Assembly: GCA_948851665.1 (NCBI GenBank)
Contig: CAQOWG010000003.1
Coordinates: 12,021-76,020 of the forward strand
From: an uncultured Candidatus Saccharibacteria bacterium
GTDB taxonomy: Bacteria; Patescibacteriota; Saccharimonadia; Saccharimonadales; Saccharimonadaceae
DNA length: 64,000 nucleotides
Reading direction: 5' to 3'
The translations under genes and the position numbers were made by a program. The stretch's first letter is position 1, and each line of letters starts with the position of its first letter. The notes below the pieces were generated by a model. The model saw only the letters and a list, made by a program, of their open reading frames with translations, did not search any database and had not been told where the DNA came from. Positions 1 through 8,442 of the stretch are shown here, piece by piece.

Positions 1-110
1 CTACCATTCGTGGGCACAATCTCCTGTCTAACAGTCGAAATCTGAAACACCACCGTGTTCTCTGTTACCTTTTCACAGGTCGTCCCTGCAAAAAACATTT
101 GTCTCCTCAT
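1..110 (-). CDS. 5' end of an unidentified CDS running off the left edge (MRRQMFFAGTTCEKV...)
   Basis: ATG at 110-108 with AAAGGAG about 7 nt upstream. The frame stays open to position 1, but only ~36 codons are visible and no family is recognisable. Confidence 0.3.
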   Translation of the reverse strand, partial: MRRQMFFAGTTCEKVTENTVVFQISTVRQEIVPTNG

Positions 111-999
111 AACCGTTCTCCTTTCTCTCAAAGAGCCTTGGCTTCTCAGCCCCCTATGCCGGTGCTTTCTCACTAGCACGCAACTGTCAGAGTTCCATAC
201 TTCCACAATGCTCGCGCAGTGCTTCCGTAGTGTCCTCACGACGCCAATTCCAACGTTCTAATTCTAGCACAACCACCATCATTTGTCAATCAAACCATCC
301 ATCCTACCCTCTTGCTGTATCCCAAATATCATTTTATAGCTAGTGCCAACAAAAACCCACTCATCGTACCTATGAGCAGGTTCTATACCAATCAACCAAA
401 GAAGAAGACCGGTAACTGCGAGGAAAACCGGTCTTCTGTAGAGTGTGGAGTTATTTTGGCAAATTTTTATTTTTGACTTTTGAATAAATTTTGTACTCAA
501 AAGTTATCCCTATTATAAGCCCGGATTGTGCTTAAGTCAACAACTTTTTGAACAATTTTGTTATCAATTTTTACAGAGTTTTCCACAGGCCATTTTTTCA
601 TCAAATCAACATTTTTCATATAACCCGATTTTCGCTTTCAACACATTTTCCAACATCTCGCAAATTACATATTTTCATATTTTAACACATTTTCTATACA
701 TGCCATTCGTTCCATTCATGGCTATATTGCTAATTGCCTGCTACTCAATTTCAGTTTCATTTTTGGTCAATCCTTACAACCACTAAGCACTTCATGCGCA
801 TTCTACACGCAACCTCGCCCAAATCGGCCGCACATAGTCAAGTTAAGCGTTTTTAAGCCCTACAAACCATTCCCATTCCCAACCCCTACCACAAACCCAT
901 CTTTTGACTCAGGAACCCCTCCACGGGCTCACAAATGCGTCACACGCTACTATGTCCCACATAATATGCCCACTCCGCCCTATACCCCAGTTGCGATCA

Positions 1000-1033
1000 C
1001 AAAAAAAATAGCCCACATCACTGCCTGGCTATT
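1000..1033 (-). terminator. Rho-independent terminator downstream of ssrA
   Basis: Hairpin AATAGCC-13 nt-GGCTATT (1007-1033), followed on the minus strand by a T8 run. Confidence 0.6.
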
Positions 1034-1046
1034 CCCCTCTTTGATC

Positions 1047-1400
1047 TGGTGGAGCTGCCGGATACTGCCTCCGGGTCCGAAAAATCTCCAATATACCATT
1101 CTACACGCATAGTCTTTTGTTTCTCTCGGTATCAATCAGCAGCGGCAAAAGACAAAACTGCCAAAAACCCTGATTATTTTTCGAGCTAGAGGGCATCAAA
1201 CCCCTAGCCTTATTACCGTTATATAATAATCCTCAGCCTACGGTACCTTAACCTCAGACCAGCCTAGTAAATATTCTTAGGCGTACGCAGGTGCGTAAAG
1301 CACATGCTTAGAAGTGGATTTCACACTTATTCATAATACTTACGGTATCAATCGACGTGCCTGGTATCTGTTAATTATCCGTCTAAGCTTTGTCAGCCCC
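1047..1400 (-). ncRNA. ssrA: tmRNA (transfer-messenger RNA)
   Basis: The minus strand starts GGGGCTGACAAAGCTTAGACGG (compare the canonical GGGGCUGAUUCUGGAUUCGACGG) and ends CCGGAGGCAGTATCCGGCAGCTCCACCA. The 7-bp acceptor stem pairs perfectly and includes the alanine G3:U70 wobble. CCA is encoded and the length is ~354 nt. A TTGCGA-17-TGaTAAGAT promoter ends 10 nt upstream. One candidate tag frame ends ...HVLYAPAYA-TAA (about 1330-1277), but the resume codon is not fixed. Confidence 0.85.
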
Positions 1401-1637
1401 AGATACGTCTATCTTATCACATTTTCATCTCTATCGCAAGAGATATTATGCTTAAAATTTTTAATCATGACTGTTTCTATGCTTAAATATTTTAACAATA
1501 ACCTCTTTGGGATGCTAAATCTCGTGCTCACAACAAAGTGTTGTAAAAATTACTAATACAGAGGTATATAAACAAAGTATCGCCAAAATGGCTTATTTTC
1601 CTTGTAGTTTTTTCAAAATCTGCTATATACTCGCGTC

Positions 1638-3209
1638 ATGATCGCAAAAGTATATTCCGCCATCCCCAACGGCTACGACGGCCACCTCGTCGAAATCGAA
1701 GGCACCACAGCCAACAGTCTACCCTGTTTTAATATCGTCGGTATGGCCAGCAAAACCATTACTGAAGCCCGTGAACGCGTTCGCGCCGCCATTGCTAGCT
1801 CTGACCTTAATTTCCCCACCAAAAAAGTCACTGTTAGCCTCGCACCAGCAGAACTCCAAAAAACCGGCTCCCATCTTGACCTGCCAATCGCCCTAGCTAT
1901 TCTCGTTCTCTCCGGCAATCTTCTCAATTCCAACCTCAATCAGAAGCTTTTCGCCGGTGAGCTCTCCCTAGACGGCCAAGTTCGCCCCGTCCACGGCATC
2001 ATTAACATTATTGAAGCCGCTAAATCCGCCGGTTTTACAGAAATCTATGTCCCTGTCGACAATCTCCCCGAAGCTCAACTTCTCTCTGGTGTCCAAATTA
2101 TCGGCGTCAAATCACTACGCCAACTCGTCTTACATCTCAAAGGCATTACTCCTCTTCCATTACCCCCTCCGGTAAATGTTGTAAAAAATACCAGTACGGG
2201 TACGCTATCATTACCCGATACTGATTATTATCTTGACCAGATCCGCGGCCAGGCTCTCGCTAAGCGCGCTCTCGTCATCGCTCTTGCCGGCCACCACAAC
2301 CTCCTCATCTCCGGTCCGCCCGGCGCCGGTAAAACCCTCATCGCTCGTGTCGCTTCCAACCTGCTACCCGCTCCATCCCCAGAAGAACAAATTTCCATCG
2401 CCAAGATTCATTCCCTTTCTGGCGCCGAGCCTAGCCTCCAGCACACGAAACGCCCCTTCCGCGCCCCACATCACACCTCTAGTTGCGTCTCAATCATCGG
2501 TGGCGGTCCTTCTGCCGCCCCTGGCGAAATCTCGCTCGCTCATCATGGCATCCTCTTCCTAGACGAACTCCTTGAATTTCCCCGCCCCGTCCTTGAAGCC
2601 CTCCGTGGCCCACTCGAGGATAGAACTATCTCCATTTCCCGCGCTCACGGCCATTTTTCCTACCCAGCCAATTTCATCCTTATCGCCACTATGAATCCAT
2701 GCCCCTGCGGTCATCTCGGTGACCCATTGCACCCCTGCACCTGCACCACGAATCAAATCCAAACCTACCGCCACAAACTCTCTGGGCCTATCCTTGATCG
2801 CATCGACCTTATCATCAATGTCTCCCGAGTTAAAAATTCTGAGCTTATCGACCAAGTTGCCCCGCCCATCAACATGCAACCATCCCAAAACCCTAATTCC
2901 TGCCCTGAGCACACCTCTGCTCTTGCTTCTATCGCAAATGCCCTTGTCCTCCAATCAAAACGATATAATACTGCCACTCGTTATAATAGCACCATTCGCC
3001 CCAGTGAAATCACTAATTACGTCCCGCTCTCACCCAGCACCGCTAAACTCCTCAAGCAAGCGATTTCTCATCTTAATCTATCTGCCAGAGCCTATTTCAA
3101 AGTTCTGCGCATAGCTCGCACTATCGCCGACCTCTGTGGCTCCAGCCAAATATTACCCGCCCATCTCTCCGAAGCCCTCTCCTTCCGTCAAACGCTTCCC
3201 GAACACTAA
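1638..3209 (+). CDS. comM: YifB/ComM family Mg-chelatase-like ATPase (competence-associated)
   Basis: 523 aa with an N-terminal Lon-protease-like domain, Walker A GPPGAGKT, and HHGILFLDEL plus the C-terminal Mg-chelatase subunit ChlI-like region typical of ComM/YifB. Confidence 0.85.
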   Translation: MIAKVYSAIPNGYDGHLVEIEGTTANSLPCFNIVGMASKTITEARERVRAAIASSDLNFPTKKVTVSLAPAELQKTGSHLDLPIALAILVLSGNLLNSNLNQKLFAGELSLDGQVRPVHGIINIIEAAKSAGFTEIYVPVDNLPEAQLLSGVQIIGVKSLRQLVLHLKGITPLPLPPPVNVVKNTSTGTLSLPDTDYYLDQIRGQALAKRALVIALAGHHNLLISGPPGAGKTLIARVASNLLPAPSPEEQISIAKIHSLSGAEPSLQHTKRPFRAPHHTSSCVSIIGGGPSAAPGEISLAHHGILFLDELLEFPRPVLEALRGPLEDRTISISRAHGHFSYPANFILIATMNPCPCGHLGDPLHPCTCTTNQIQTYRHKLSGPILDRIDLIINVSRVKNSELIDQVAPPINMQPSQNPNSCPEHTSALASIANALVLQSKRYNTATRYNSTIRPSEITNYVPLSPSTAKLLKQAISHLNLSARAYFKVLRIARTIADLCGSSQILPAHLSEALSFRQTLPEH

Positions 3210-3226
3210 CTTTTCTCGTCTGTTCA

Positions 3227-3431
3227 AGTATTTTTTACAACATAATCATTGCCTGAACACTAGATTTTACGCCCGAACAATTCTCTTCCAAACTGAATAA
3301 GTATTTTTTACAACGCCTAGAAGCCGCATGATTACCTCTGCCTTAGTATTTTTTACAACACTACACAAGATATTATCTCCTCCGCCAATCAATACTCATT
3401 CGCGTTAACCAGTTTTAGTATTTTTTACAAC
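3227..3431 (+). repeat. Four direct copies of the 15-mer AGTATTTTTTACAAC (iteron-like array)
   Basis: Exact copies at 3227-3241, 3300-3314, 3345-3359 and 3417-3431 (spacings 73, 45 and 72 nt). A degenerate fifth copy (CTTTTTTACAAAA) lies near 3515. All sit in the 390-bp comM/3602 intergenic region. Confidence 0.8.
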
Positions 3432-3601
3432 ATTATATGGCGTCGTTCCTCGCCAAAAGCCAACCCCACAATGCATATGTTCGATAACTGCCATCAATTC
3501 CACTAGCCCCAACTTTTTTACAAAACCTCTTCCCAATTCCATCCCTTTGCGATATAATCATAAACATAATATCAACCAAAAACAAACACAAGGAGACAAA
3601 A

Positions 3602-4258
3602 ATGGGACCAGAAATACCCAATTCAGGTTCTGGCGTCAATGCTTTCGCCGAAATGGCAGCATCAATGCCATCCTATGGTGATCATCTCGCCAGCCAAACC
3701 GGGTTACCCTCAGAATCACCGCCAATACCAGCTGGCGAGTCAAACCTAGCGAATGAGCCACCAAACAACGAACAAAAACAAACTACTGAAACAATCCCTG
3801 TGGCCGAAACTTCTCCTGAACCTGCCACCGTCAAAACGTCTGAGGCCGTCAAAGACACCACTGAATCTGCTACCGACTTCTCCCCTGAAGAACTTGCTGG
3901 CATACAAAAATATGCAGACGAACTCGAAACTGGCGCCAAAAAAGATCAGAAAATGGCCGATTTACTCCATCAATTCGTCGATATCGCTAGCCACCAACAT
4001 AGTAACAGCCAAAAACCCGCCGCAGCCATCGCATCCGTTGAATCCACACCATCCTCTGCTACTCCTCAAAATACCTCAGAACAACCCTCGCCAATCCCAA
4101 AACCAACTATCCCTGATGCCGCAGCTGCCATCGCTGAAGCCCTAGCCGAAACCGCCGACACTCCCATTCCTGATCAGACCCCCATATCTACACCTCCCGA
4201 ATCTCCCGCTGGGAGTTTCCCCGGAAACTCACCAGGAGAAAATCCTGCCGCAGCCTAG
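3602..4258 (+). CDS. Hypothetical low-complexity Pro/Ala/Ser/Thr/Glu-rich protein
   Basis: 218-aa ORF with a strong SD (AAGGAGA) 7 nt upstream of the ATG, followed by a terminator hairpin. No recognisable domain. Confidence 0.6.
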   Translation: MGPEIPNSGSGVNAFAEMAASMPSYGDHLASQTGLPSESPPIPAGESNLANEPPNNEQKQTTETIPVAETSPEPATVKTSEAVKDTTESATDFSPEELAGIQKYADELETGAKKDQKMADLLHQFVDIASHQHSNSQKPAAAIASVESTPSSATPQNTSEQPSPIPKPTIPDAAAAIAEALAETADTPIPDQTPISTPPESPAGSFPGNSPGENPAAA

Positions 4259-4273
4259 CTGGCTGACCAACCT

Positions 4274-4310
4274 AATTAGCACTCTTATTACAAGAGTGCT
4301 AATTATTTAC
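4274..4310 (+). terminator. Rho-independent terminator
   Basis: 13-bp stem AATTAGCACTCTT/AAGAGTGCTAATT with a 5-nt loop, followed by a T-rich tract. Confidence 0.7.
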
Positions 4311-4459
4311 CGATCATCGTGCCACCGTCCCTGATTCCCGCCTTTACCCAGGTCACGTATTTCTTTTAGTCGTACCCAAAATCCCCCCATTTCCCTCTTG
4401 TCAGCCCTAGTATTTTTTGTTATAATTAATCTTAGTTCAATTTAACGAAAGGATGAGCC

Positions 4460-4987
4460 ATCGGTAGTAAACCATCACGCACGAAATTAAACGGAGAAAT
4501 CCGTTATCCAGAAGTACGCGTAATAGGTTCTAGCGGTGAGCAGCTTGGCATCATGTCTAGCCGCGACGCTCAGAAGATCGCTAGAGAACAGGGTGTTGAT
4601 CTGGTAGAAATTGCCGGCAATGCCAACCCGCCCGTTGTCAAAGTCATCGACTGGGGTAAATACCAGTACCAGAAGATGAAAGAAGAGGCAAAAAATCGCA
4701 AAAAAGCCCGTGAAAAGCAATCTGAGCTTAAAACGATGAAAATTGGTCTCAAAATTAGCGACAACGATCTCGGGATTAAAGTCCGCAAAATTTGCGAGTT
4801 CCTTGAAGACGGTGATCGTGTCAAGATTATGATTATCTTCCGCGGTCGCGAAATGGCCCACAAAGAGATGGGACAAATCACGCTCGACAAAGTTCTAAAT
4901 CTCATTTCCGAACACGTCGAAGTCGTCCAAGAAGGTAAATCACAATTTGCTGGTCGCAACTTATCAGTCGGGATTCGGAAGAAGTAA
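4460..4987 (+). CDS. infC: Translation initiation factor IF-3, probably starting at a non-AUG (ATC) codon
   Basis: The track ORF starts at 4553, but the conserved IF-3 N-terminus (...LNGEIRYPEVRVIGSSGEQLGIMS) is in frame upstream. That frame opens after the TGA at 4454-4456. The first codon is ATC at 4460, with an AGGA 6-7 nt upstream. A TTGTCA-17-TATAAT promoter lies at about 4390-4425. Confidence 0.8.
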   Translation: MGSKPSRTKLNGEIRYPEVRVIGSSGEQLGIMSSRDAQKIAREQGVDLVEIAGNANPPVVKVIDWGKYQYQKMKEEAKNRKKAREKQSELKTMKIGLKISDNDLGIKVRKICEFLEDGDRVKIMIIFRGREMAHKEMGQITLDKVLNLISEHVEVVQEGKSQFAGRNLSVGIRKK

Positions 4988-5054
4988 TTCCTACTTCAAC
5001 GGTCCTCTGATCGAACTTTCATAATAATAAACTAAAGGAAAGAGTATAGTAATT

Positions 5055-5249
5055 ATGCCTAAACTCAAAACCCACAAAGGCACCGCTAAGCGCATCAAGA
5101 TTACCGGCTCAGGTAAACTTTCTCGCGAACGTGCCTACGGCAACCACATTCTCGCCAAAAAGTCCAAGGCTCGCAAGCGCAATATGAAAACTGCCGCTTT
5201 CGTAAATGGCAAAATCGGTAAAAATGTTAAAAAAGCCCTAGGAGTCTAA
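5055..5249 (+). CDS. rpmI: 50S ribosomal protein L35
   Basis: [21 protein letters not shown]... 64 aa; sits in the infC-rpmI-rplT operon context. Confidence 0.95.
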   Translation: MPKLKTHKGTAKRIKITGSGKLSRERAYGNHILAKKSKARKRNMKTAAFVNGKIGKNVKKALGV

Positions 5250-5250
5250 G

Positions 5251-5601
5251 ATGAGAGTTAAACGTGGTGTGCCCGCACGGGCTAAACATAAGAAAATTTT
5301 GAATGCTGCCAAGGGGATGCAACACTATCGCACCCGCAGCTATCGCCTAGCCAAACAGGGTGTCATTAAATCCCTTCGCTATAGCTACCGCGATCGCCGC
5401 AATAAAAAACGCGATCTTCGTTCCCTTTGGATTACCCGTATTAACAACGCTTCCCGTGAGCTTGGTCTTTCTTATTCGCAGCTCATGTCTGGTCTCAAGA
5501 AAAACGGTACTACTATCGACCGCAAAATGCTAGCCGAGCTTGCCGTTAGTCAACCTGAGGCCTTCAAAGCCATCGTTAATACCGTGAAGGAGGCTAAATA
5601 A
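5251..5601 (+). CDS. rplT: 50S ribosomal protein L20
   Basis: [17 protein letters not shown]... 116 aa, immediately after rpmI. Confidence 0.95.
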   Translation: MRVKRGVPARAKHKKILNAAKGMQHYRTRSYRLAKQGVIKSLRYSYRDRRNKKRDLRSLWITRINNASRELGLSYSQLMSGLKKNGTTIDRKMLAELAVSQPEAFKAIVNTVKEAK

Positions 5602-5792
5602 TGGCAATCTGTGAAATAAGTGGCAAAGGTAAGATGTATGGACATAACGTGTCTTTCTCTCAGCGCAAAACCCGCAAGGTTTTCAAACCTAATGTCCAGA
5701 AAAAGACTCTCGTTGTCGATGGCCACAAAGTCAAAGTCAATGTTGCTACATCGACCCTTCGTACCCTGAAGAAAAAAGGTCTAGTCAAATAA
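5601..5792 (+). CDS. rpmB: 50S ribosomal protein L28
   Basis: [35 protein letters not shown]... 63 aa. Its ATG overlaps the rplT stop (ATAATG). Confidence 0.9.
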   Translation: MAICEISGKGKMYGHNVSFSQRKTRKVFKPNVQKKTLVVDGHKVKVNVATSTLRTLKKKGLVK

Positions 5793-5821
5793 CTCCCCGA
5801 ATTCAGAGATTTCTCTGTAAC

Positions 5822-5853
5822 AAAAAACCAGGACTTTGATCCTGGTTTTTTTT
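5822..5853. terminator. Bidirectional terminator between rpmB and rnpB
   Basis: AAAAAACCAGGA-CTTTGA-TCCTGGTTTTTTTT: an A-run and a T-run flank a 6-bp GC stem. It lies between the convergent rpmB and the RNase P RNA 3' end. Confidence 0.75.
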
Positions 5854-5856
5854 GTT

Positions 5857-6192
5857 GAGCCTTCAGTAAGCCGGGTTTTGTAACCTTCCCTCTCGGGCTA
5901 GCCGACAACCATCTATCTAATTCGCAAATTGCTCTGCGACTTTAGCGGTAAACGTGCATCCTCGGACCAAGGTATCTAGCACTCCTTGCAGCCGGTAGGG
6001 TTTGCCCTCGCTCTATGTCGCCATAAAGCGCTGTGAGCTCTTACCTCACTCTTTTCACCCTTACCAAAAATGGCGGTATAAGTTTCTGTGGTACTTTCCC
6101 GGCCCTTACGGGCGGTCGCCGTTAGCGACTACCGTGTCCTTTGCTGCCCGGACTTTCCTCTTGGGGTTACCAAGCGGTTGTCTTTCAGGCTC
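5857..6192 (-). ncRNA. rnpB: RNase P RNA (bacterial type A)
   Basis: The minus strand contains AGAGGAAAGTCCGGGC (CR-I; plus-strand gcccggactttcctct at about 6146-6161). It also has GGTAAGGGTGAAAAG, ACAGAAACTTATACCGCC and the 3' AACCCGGCTTA motif. The terminal P1 pairing is GAGCC.../...GGCTC. Length is ~336 nt and there is no ORF. Confidence 0.9.
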
Positions 6193-6285
6193 ACACCTAT
6201 TTTATCATAAACCTTTCCATAAGCCAAATCCCCGCAATCTGCTTCTTGATGATTTGTCCCCAAATCCCAAAATCCGCCCTACAAT

Positions 6286-7128
6286 CTAGCCAAAATGCGC
6301 ATCAATTGCCTTGTTTGCCTCATAATCCGCTCTTGTATTCTGTTCCCGCATCACGTGAGTGAATCCAACTGCCTCAAACTTACCAAGCAGCTCTTGAATA
6401 TCGTCATAAATCGGCAGCAAATCCCGGTTTTTAACTTTATAAATCCCCTTCATCTGATTTATCATCATTAAATTATCGCCCATAAATCTAACTGAAGTCA
6501 AACCAAGTTTTAGCGCTTCCTCCACGCCTCTCTTAAGAGCATAATACTCTGCCACTCGCGAAGTTGCAAAGCCAATAAACTCTCCGCCCTGCGCCAGCAC
6601 CGTTCCGTCTTCTCCCACTACTAGGAAACCAATCCCCGACGGCCCCGGGTTCCCCCGACTCGCCCCATCAATATAAACCGTTGCACTGTGTGCTACTTCT
6701 CGCGAACGCAATCTATCACTCTCGCGCCCCTCAATCTCCAATGTCACCAAACTCGCTTCATCCAGCCTATAAGACCCCACCTCTTCTGGCTTGATATATT
6801 TGTAAGCCGAGTATCGCTCCGCCGTTTGAATCTTTGCGTCTTTTGGCAAAATAATTCGATATATAATATATAGATTACTCATCTGACTTGCCCCATGTGG
6901 TGCCAAAAAAGTAATTACATCTTTTAACTCCGTTTTCTCAGTAATTTCAACTCCCAAATATTCTTCCAGCATCCGATCCATCGCCTCTTCTGGCTGTTCC
7001 CCAAACTTAATCTTGCCAGTTGGCAATTCCCAAGTCGGTTGCCCATCCACCCGTCCCTGTGCACGTTTCGCGATCAAAATCTCGCGCTCATTCTGAATAA
7101 TACCGGCTACACGTATTCGCTGTTTCAT
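6286..7128 (-). CDS. NUDIX hydrolase domain fused to an RNase HI domain
   Basis: The N-terminal half has a NUDIX fold with a box-like motif (ELPTGKIKFGEQPEEAMDRMLEEYLG). The C-terminal half is RNase H type 1 (VYIDGASRGNPGPSGIGFLV...AEYYALKRGVEEAL...NTRADYEANKAI). The start is trimmed to MKQRIRV (7128); the track start is 7224. Confidence 0.8.
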   Translation of the reverse strand: MKQRIRVAGIIQNEREILIAKRAQGRVDGQPTWELPTGKIKFGEQPEEAMDRMLEEYLGVEITEKTELKDVITFLAPHGASQMSNLYIIYRIILPKDAKIQTAERYSAYKYIKPEEVGSYRLDEASLVTLEIEGRESDRLRSREVAHSATVYIDGASRGNPGPSGIGFLVVGEDGTVLAQGGEFIGFATSRVAEYYALKRGVEEALKLGLTSVRFMGDNLMMINQMKGIYKVKNRDLLPIYDDIQELLGKFEAVGFTHVMREQNTRADYEANKAIDAHFG

Positions 7129-7332
7129 ATCTAAATAAATCCATAAAACCCTGGTGACGATGTTTTCCCTGTGTATGTCACAGGTGGGTAAATTCTTATG
7201 CGCACCTCCACGGAGGATAGCCACGAAATCCCTTTACATGATTATTCAGGAAAATCATGCCGCCACTAGGGTTATCTCCATTATATCATATCTCTCTAGC
7301 TGTCTATAATTTTTGCCACCAACGAATAGGTA

Positions 7333-7977
7333 CTAAGCCCCTACTACCCAATAAAACCCATCCAATAATCTATCAATTCCCCAGCCCATCACCCCAGACA
7401 ACAACCCGCCACCAGCCACTACCAAAATCAACACGATCATCATACCAAATGGCTCTATCTTCTCAAACACCCCTCGCACCGGGTCTGGCGCAATCGCATA
7501 AAGCACCCTCGAACCATCAAGCGGCGGAATCGGGATCAAATTGAAAATCCCAAATCCTAGATTTATCATTACAAATGAGCTCATTATCTGCCCCCACAAC
7601 GTTGATATCCCCGCCAACGTAAAAGCTTCTGTAAAATGTCCTATCAAAAACCCTAAAAACGCCAACAAAATATTTGTCAGTGGCCCCGCGATCGCCACCA
7701 ACGCCATTCCCCAAGGCCCATGTTTCAATTTTCGCGAATCCACTGGCACCGGTTTCGCCCCACCAAAAACCGGCCCGCCCGTCAGTAATAGCAGAAGCGG
7801 CATTGCAATCGATAAAATCGGATCCAGATGTTTTAACGGGTTCAGCGTCAATCGCCCATCCACCTTCGCCGTATCATCACCAAGCTTATATGCCACAAAT
7901 CCATGTGCTAACTCATGCAGCACCATTGAAACTAGGATCACCCCCAACGCAATCACTACGCTAAGCAACGCTTCCAT
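7333..7977 (-). CDS. Site-2 protease family (M50) zinc metalloprotease, membrane
   Basis: HELAHG zinc motif in the first TM helix, a multi-pass hydrophobic profile, and NLIPIPPLDG. Confidence 0.8.
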   Translation of the reverse strand: MEALLSVVIALGVILVSMVLHELAHGFVAYKLGDDTAKVDGRLTLNPLKHLDPILSIAMPLLLLLTGGPVFGGAKPVPVDSRKLKHGPWGMALVAIAGPLTNILLAFLGFLIGHFTEAFTLAGISTLWGQIMSSFVMINLGFGIFNLIPIPPLDGSRVLYAIAPDPVRGVFEKIEPFGMMIVLILVVAGGGLLSGVMGWGIDRLLDGFYWVVGA

Positions 7978-7978
7978 A

Positions 7979-8431
7979 CTAACTCAGCGCAACCACTTCC
8001 ATAGCCATCGGCAACGACTCTTTATTCTTTACTTTGTACTTCTTCTCGACCCTCGGTGCCAGCTTCAATTCAGTCACCATACCGTCCACATTTCCCATTG
8101 CAATCACTACTTTCGGGCCAATTTCCCGCACCGCCCTCACTGAGCTCGTACAAAGAATATCCGCCACCCCCAGCTCATCCAACGTCATCGCTTCTTCAAC
8201 TCCACCGATAATCCCAATGTGTACATTTCCAATAATCACATCATATACCGTCTTCTCGCCCGTTTGAATTCCCCGAATCGCCATGTCGCCAATCTCAAAC
8301 TCCCCCGGCCCCTCAATCTTCCCCACCGGTAAATCCCCGTCCACTGTCTGTTCTACAAGGTCAAACTTCACATTCGCAGTCTTCGTCTTCAATGTGACTT
8401 CATCTGGCGCCTTACTCTCAATCTCAAACAT
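7979..8431 (-). CDS. Hypothetical protein
   Basis: 150-aa ORF tightly packed between neighbours (1-nt gap to the M50 gene). No catalytic motif recognised. Confidence 0.5.
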   Translation of the reverse strand: MFEIESKAPDEVTLKTKTANVKFDLVEQTVDGDLPVGKIEGPGEFEIGDMAIRGIQTGEKTVYDVIIGNVHIGIIGGVEEAMTLDELGVADILCTSSVRAVREIGPKVVIAMGNVDGMVTELKLAPRVEKKYKVKNKESLPMAMEVVALS

Positions 8432-8442
8432 TTTACCTCCTT

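Noticed and set aside
279-786. ORFs 279-500 (minus, TTG start) and 526-786 (plus) as genes
   Set aside because: No SD or promoter is recognisable. The composition is atypical and AT-rich. The first ORF spans a strong hairpin. There is no family resemblance, so they are left unannotated inside the non-coding-looking region.
806-1112. 13-nt direct repeat CATTCTACACGCA (inside ssrA at about 1098-1110 and about 290 nt beyond its 3' end) as an att site of an island integrated in ssrA
   Set aside because: The repeat does not include the tmRNA 3' end, which is what integrases normally duplicate. No flanking similarity extends beyond the 13-mer, and no integrase or island genes lie between the copies.
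3227-3431. CRISPR array interpretation of the AGTATTTTTTACAAC repeats
   Set aside because: The repeats are only 15 nt. The spacers are irregular (58, 30 and 57 nt). There is no repeat palindrome and no cas genes in the window.
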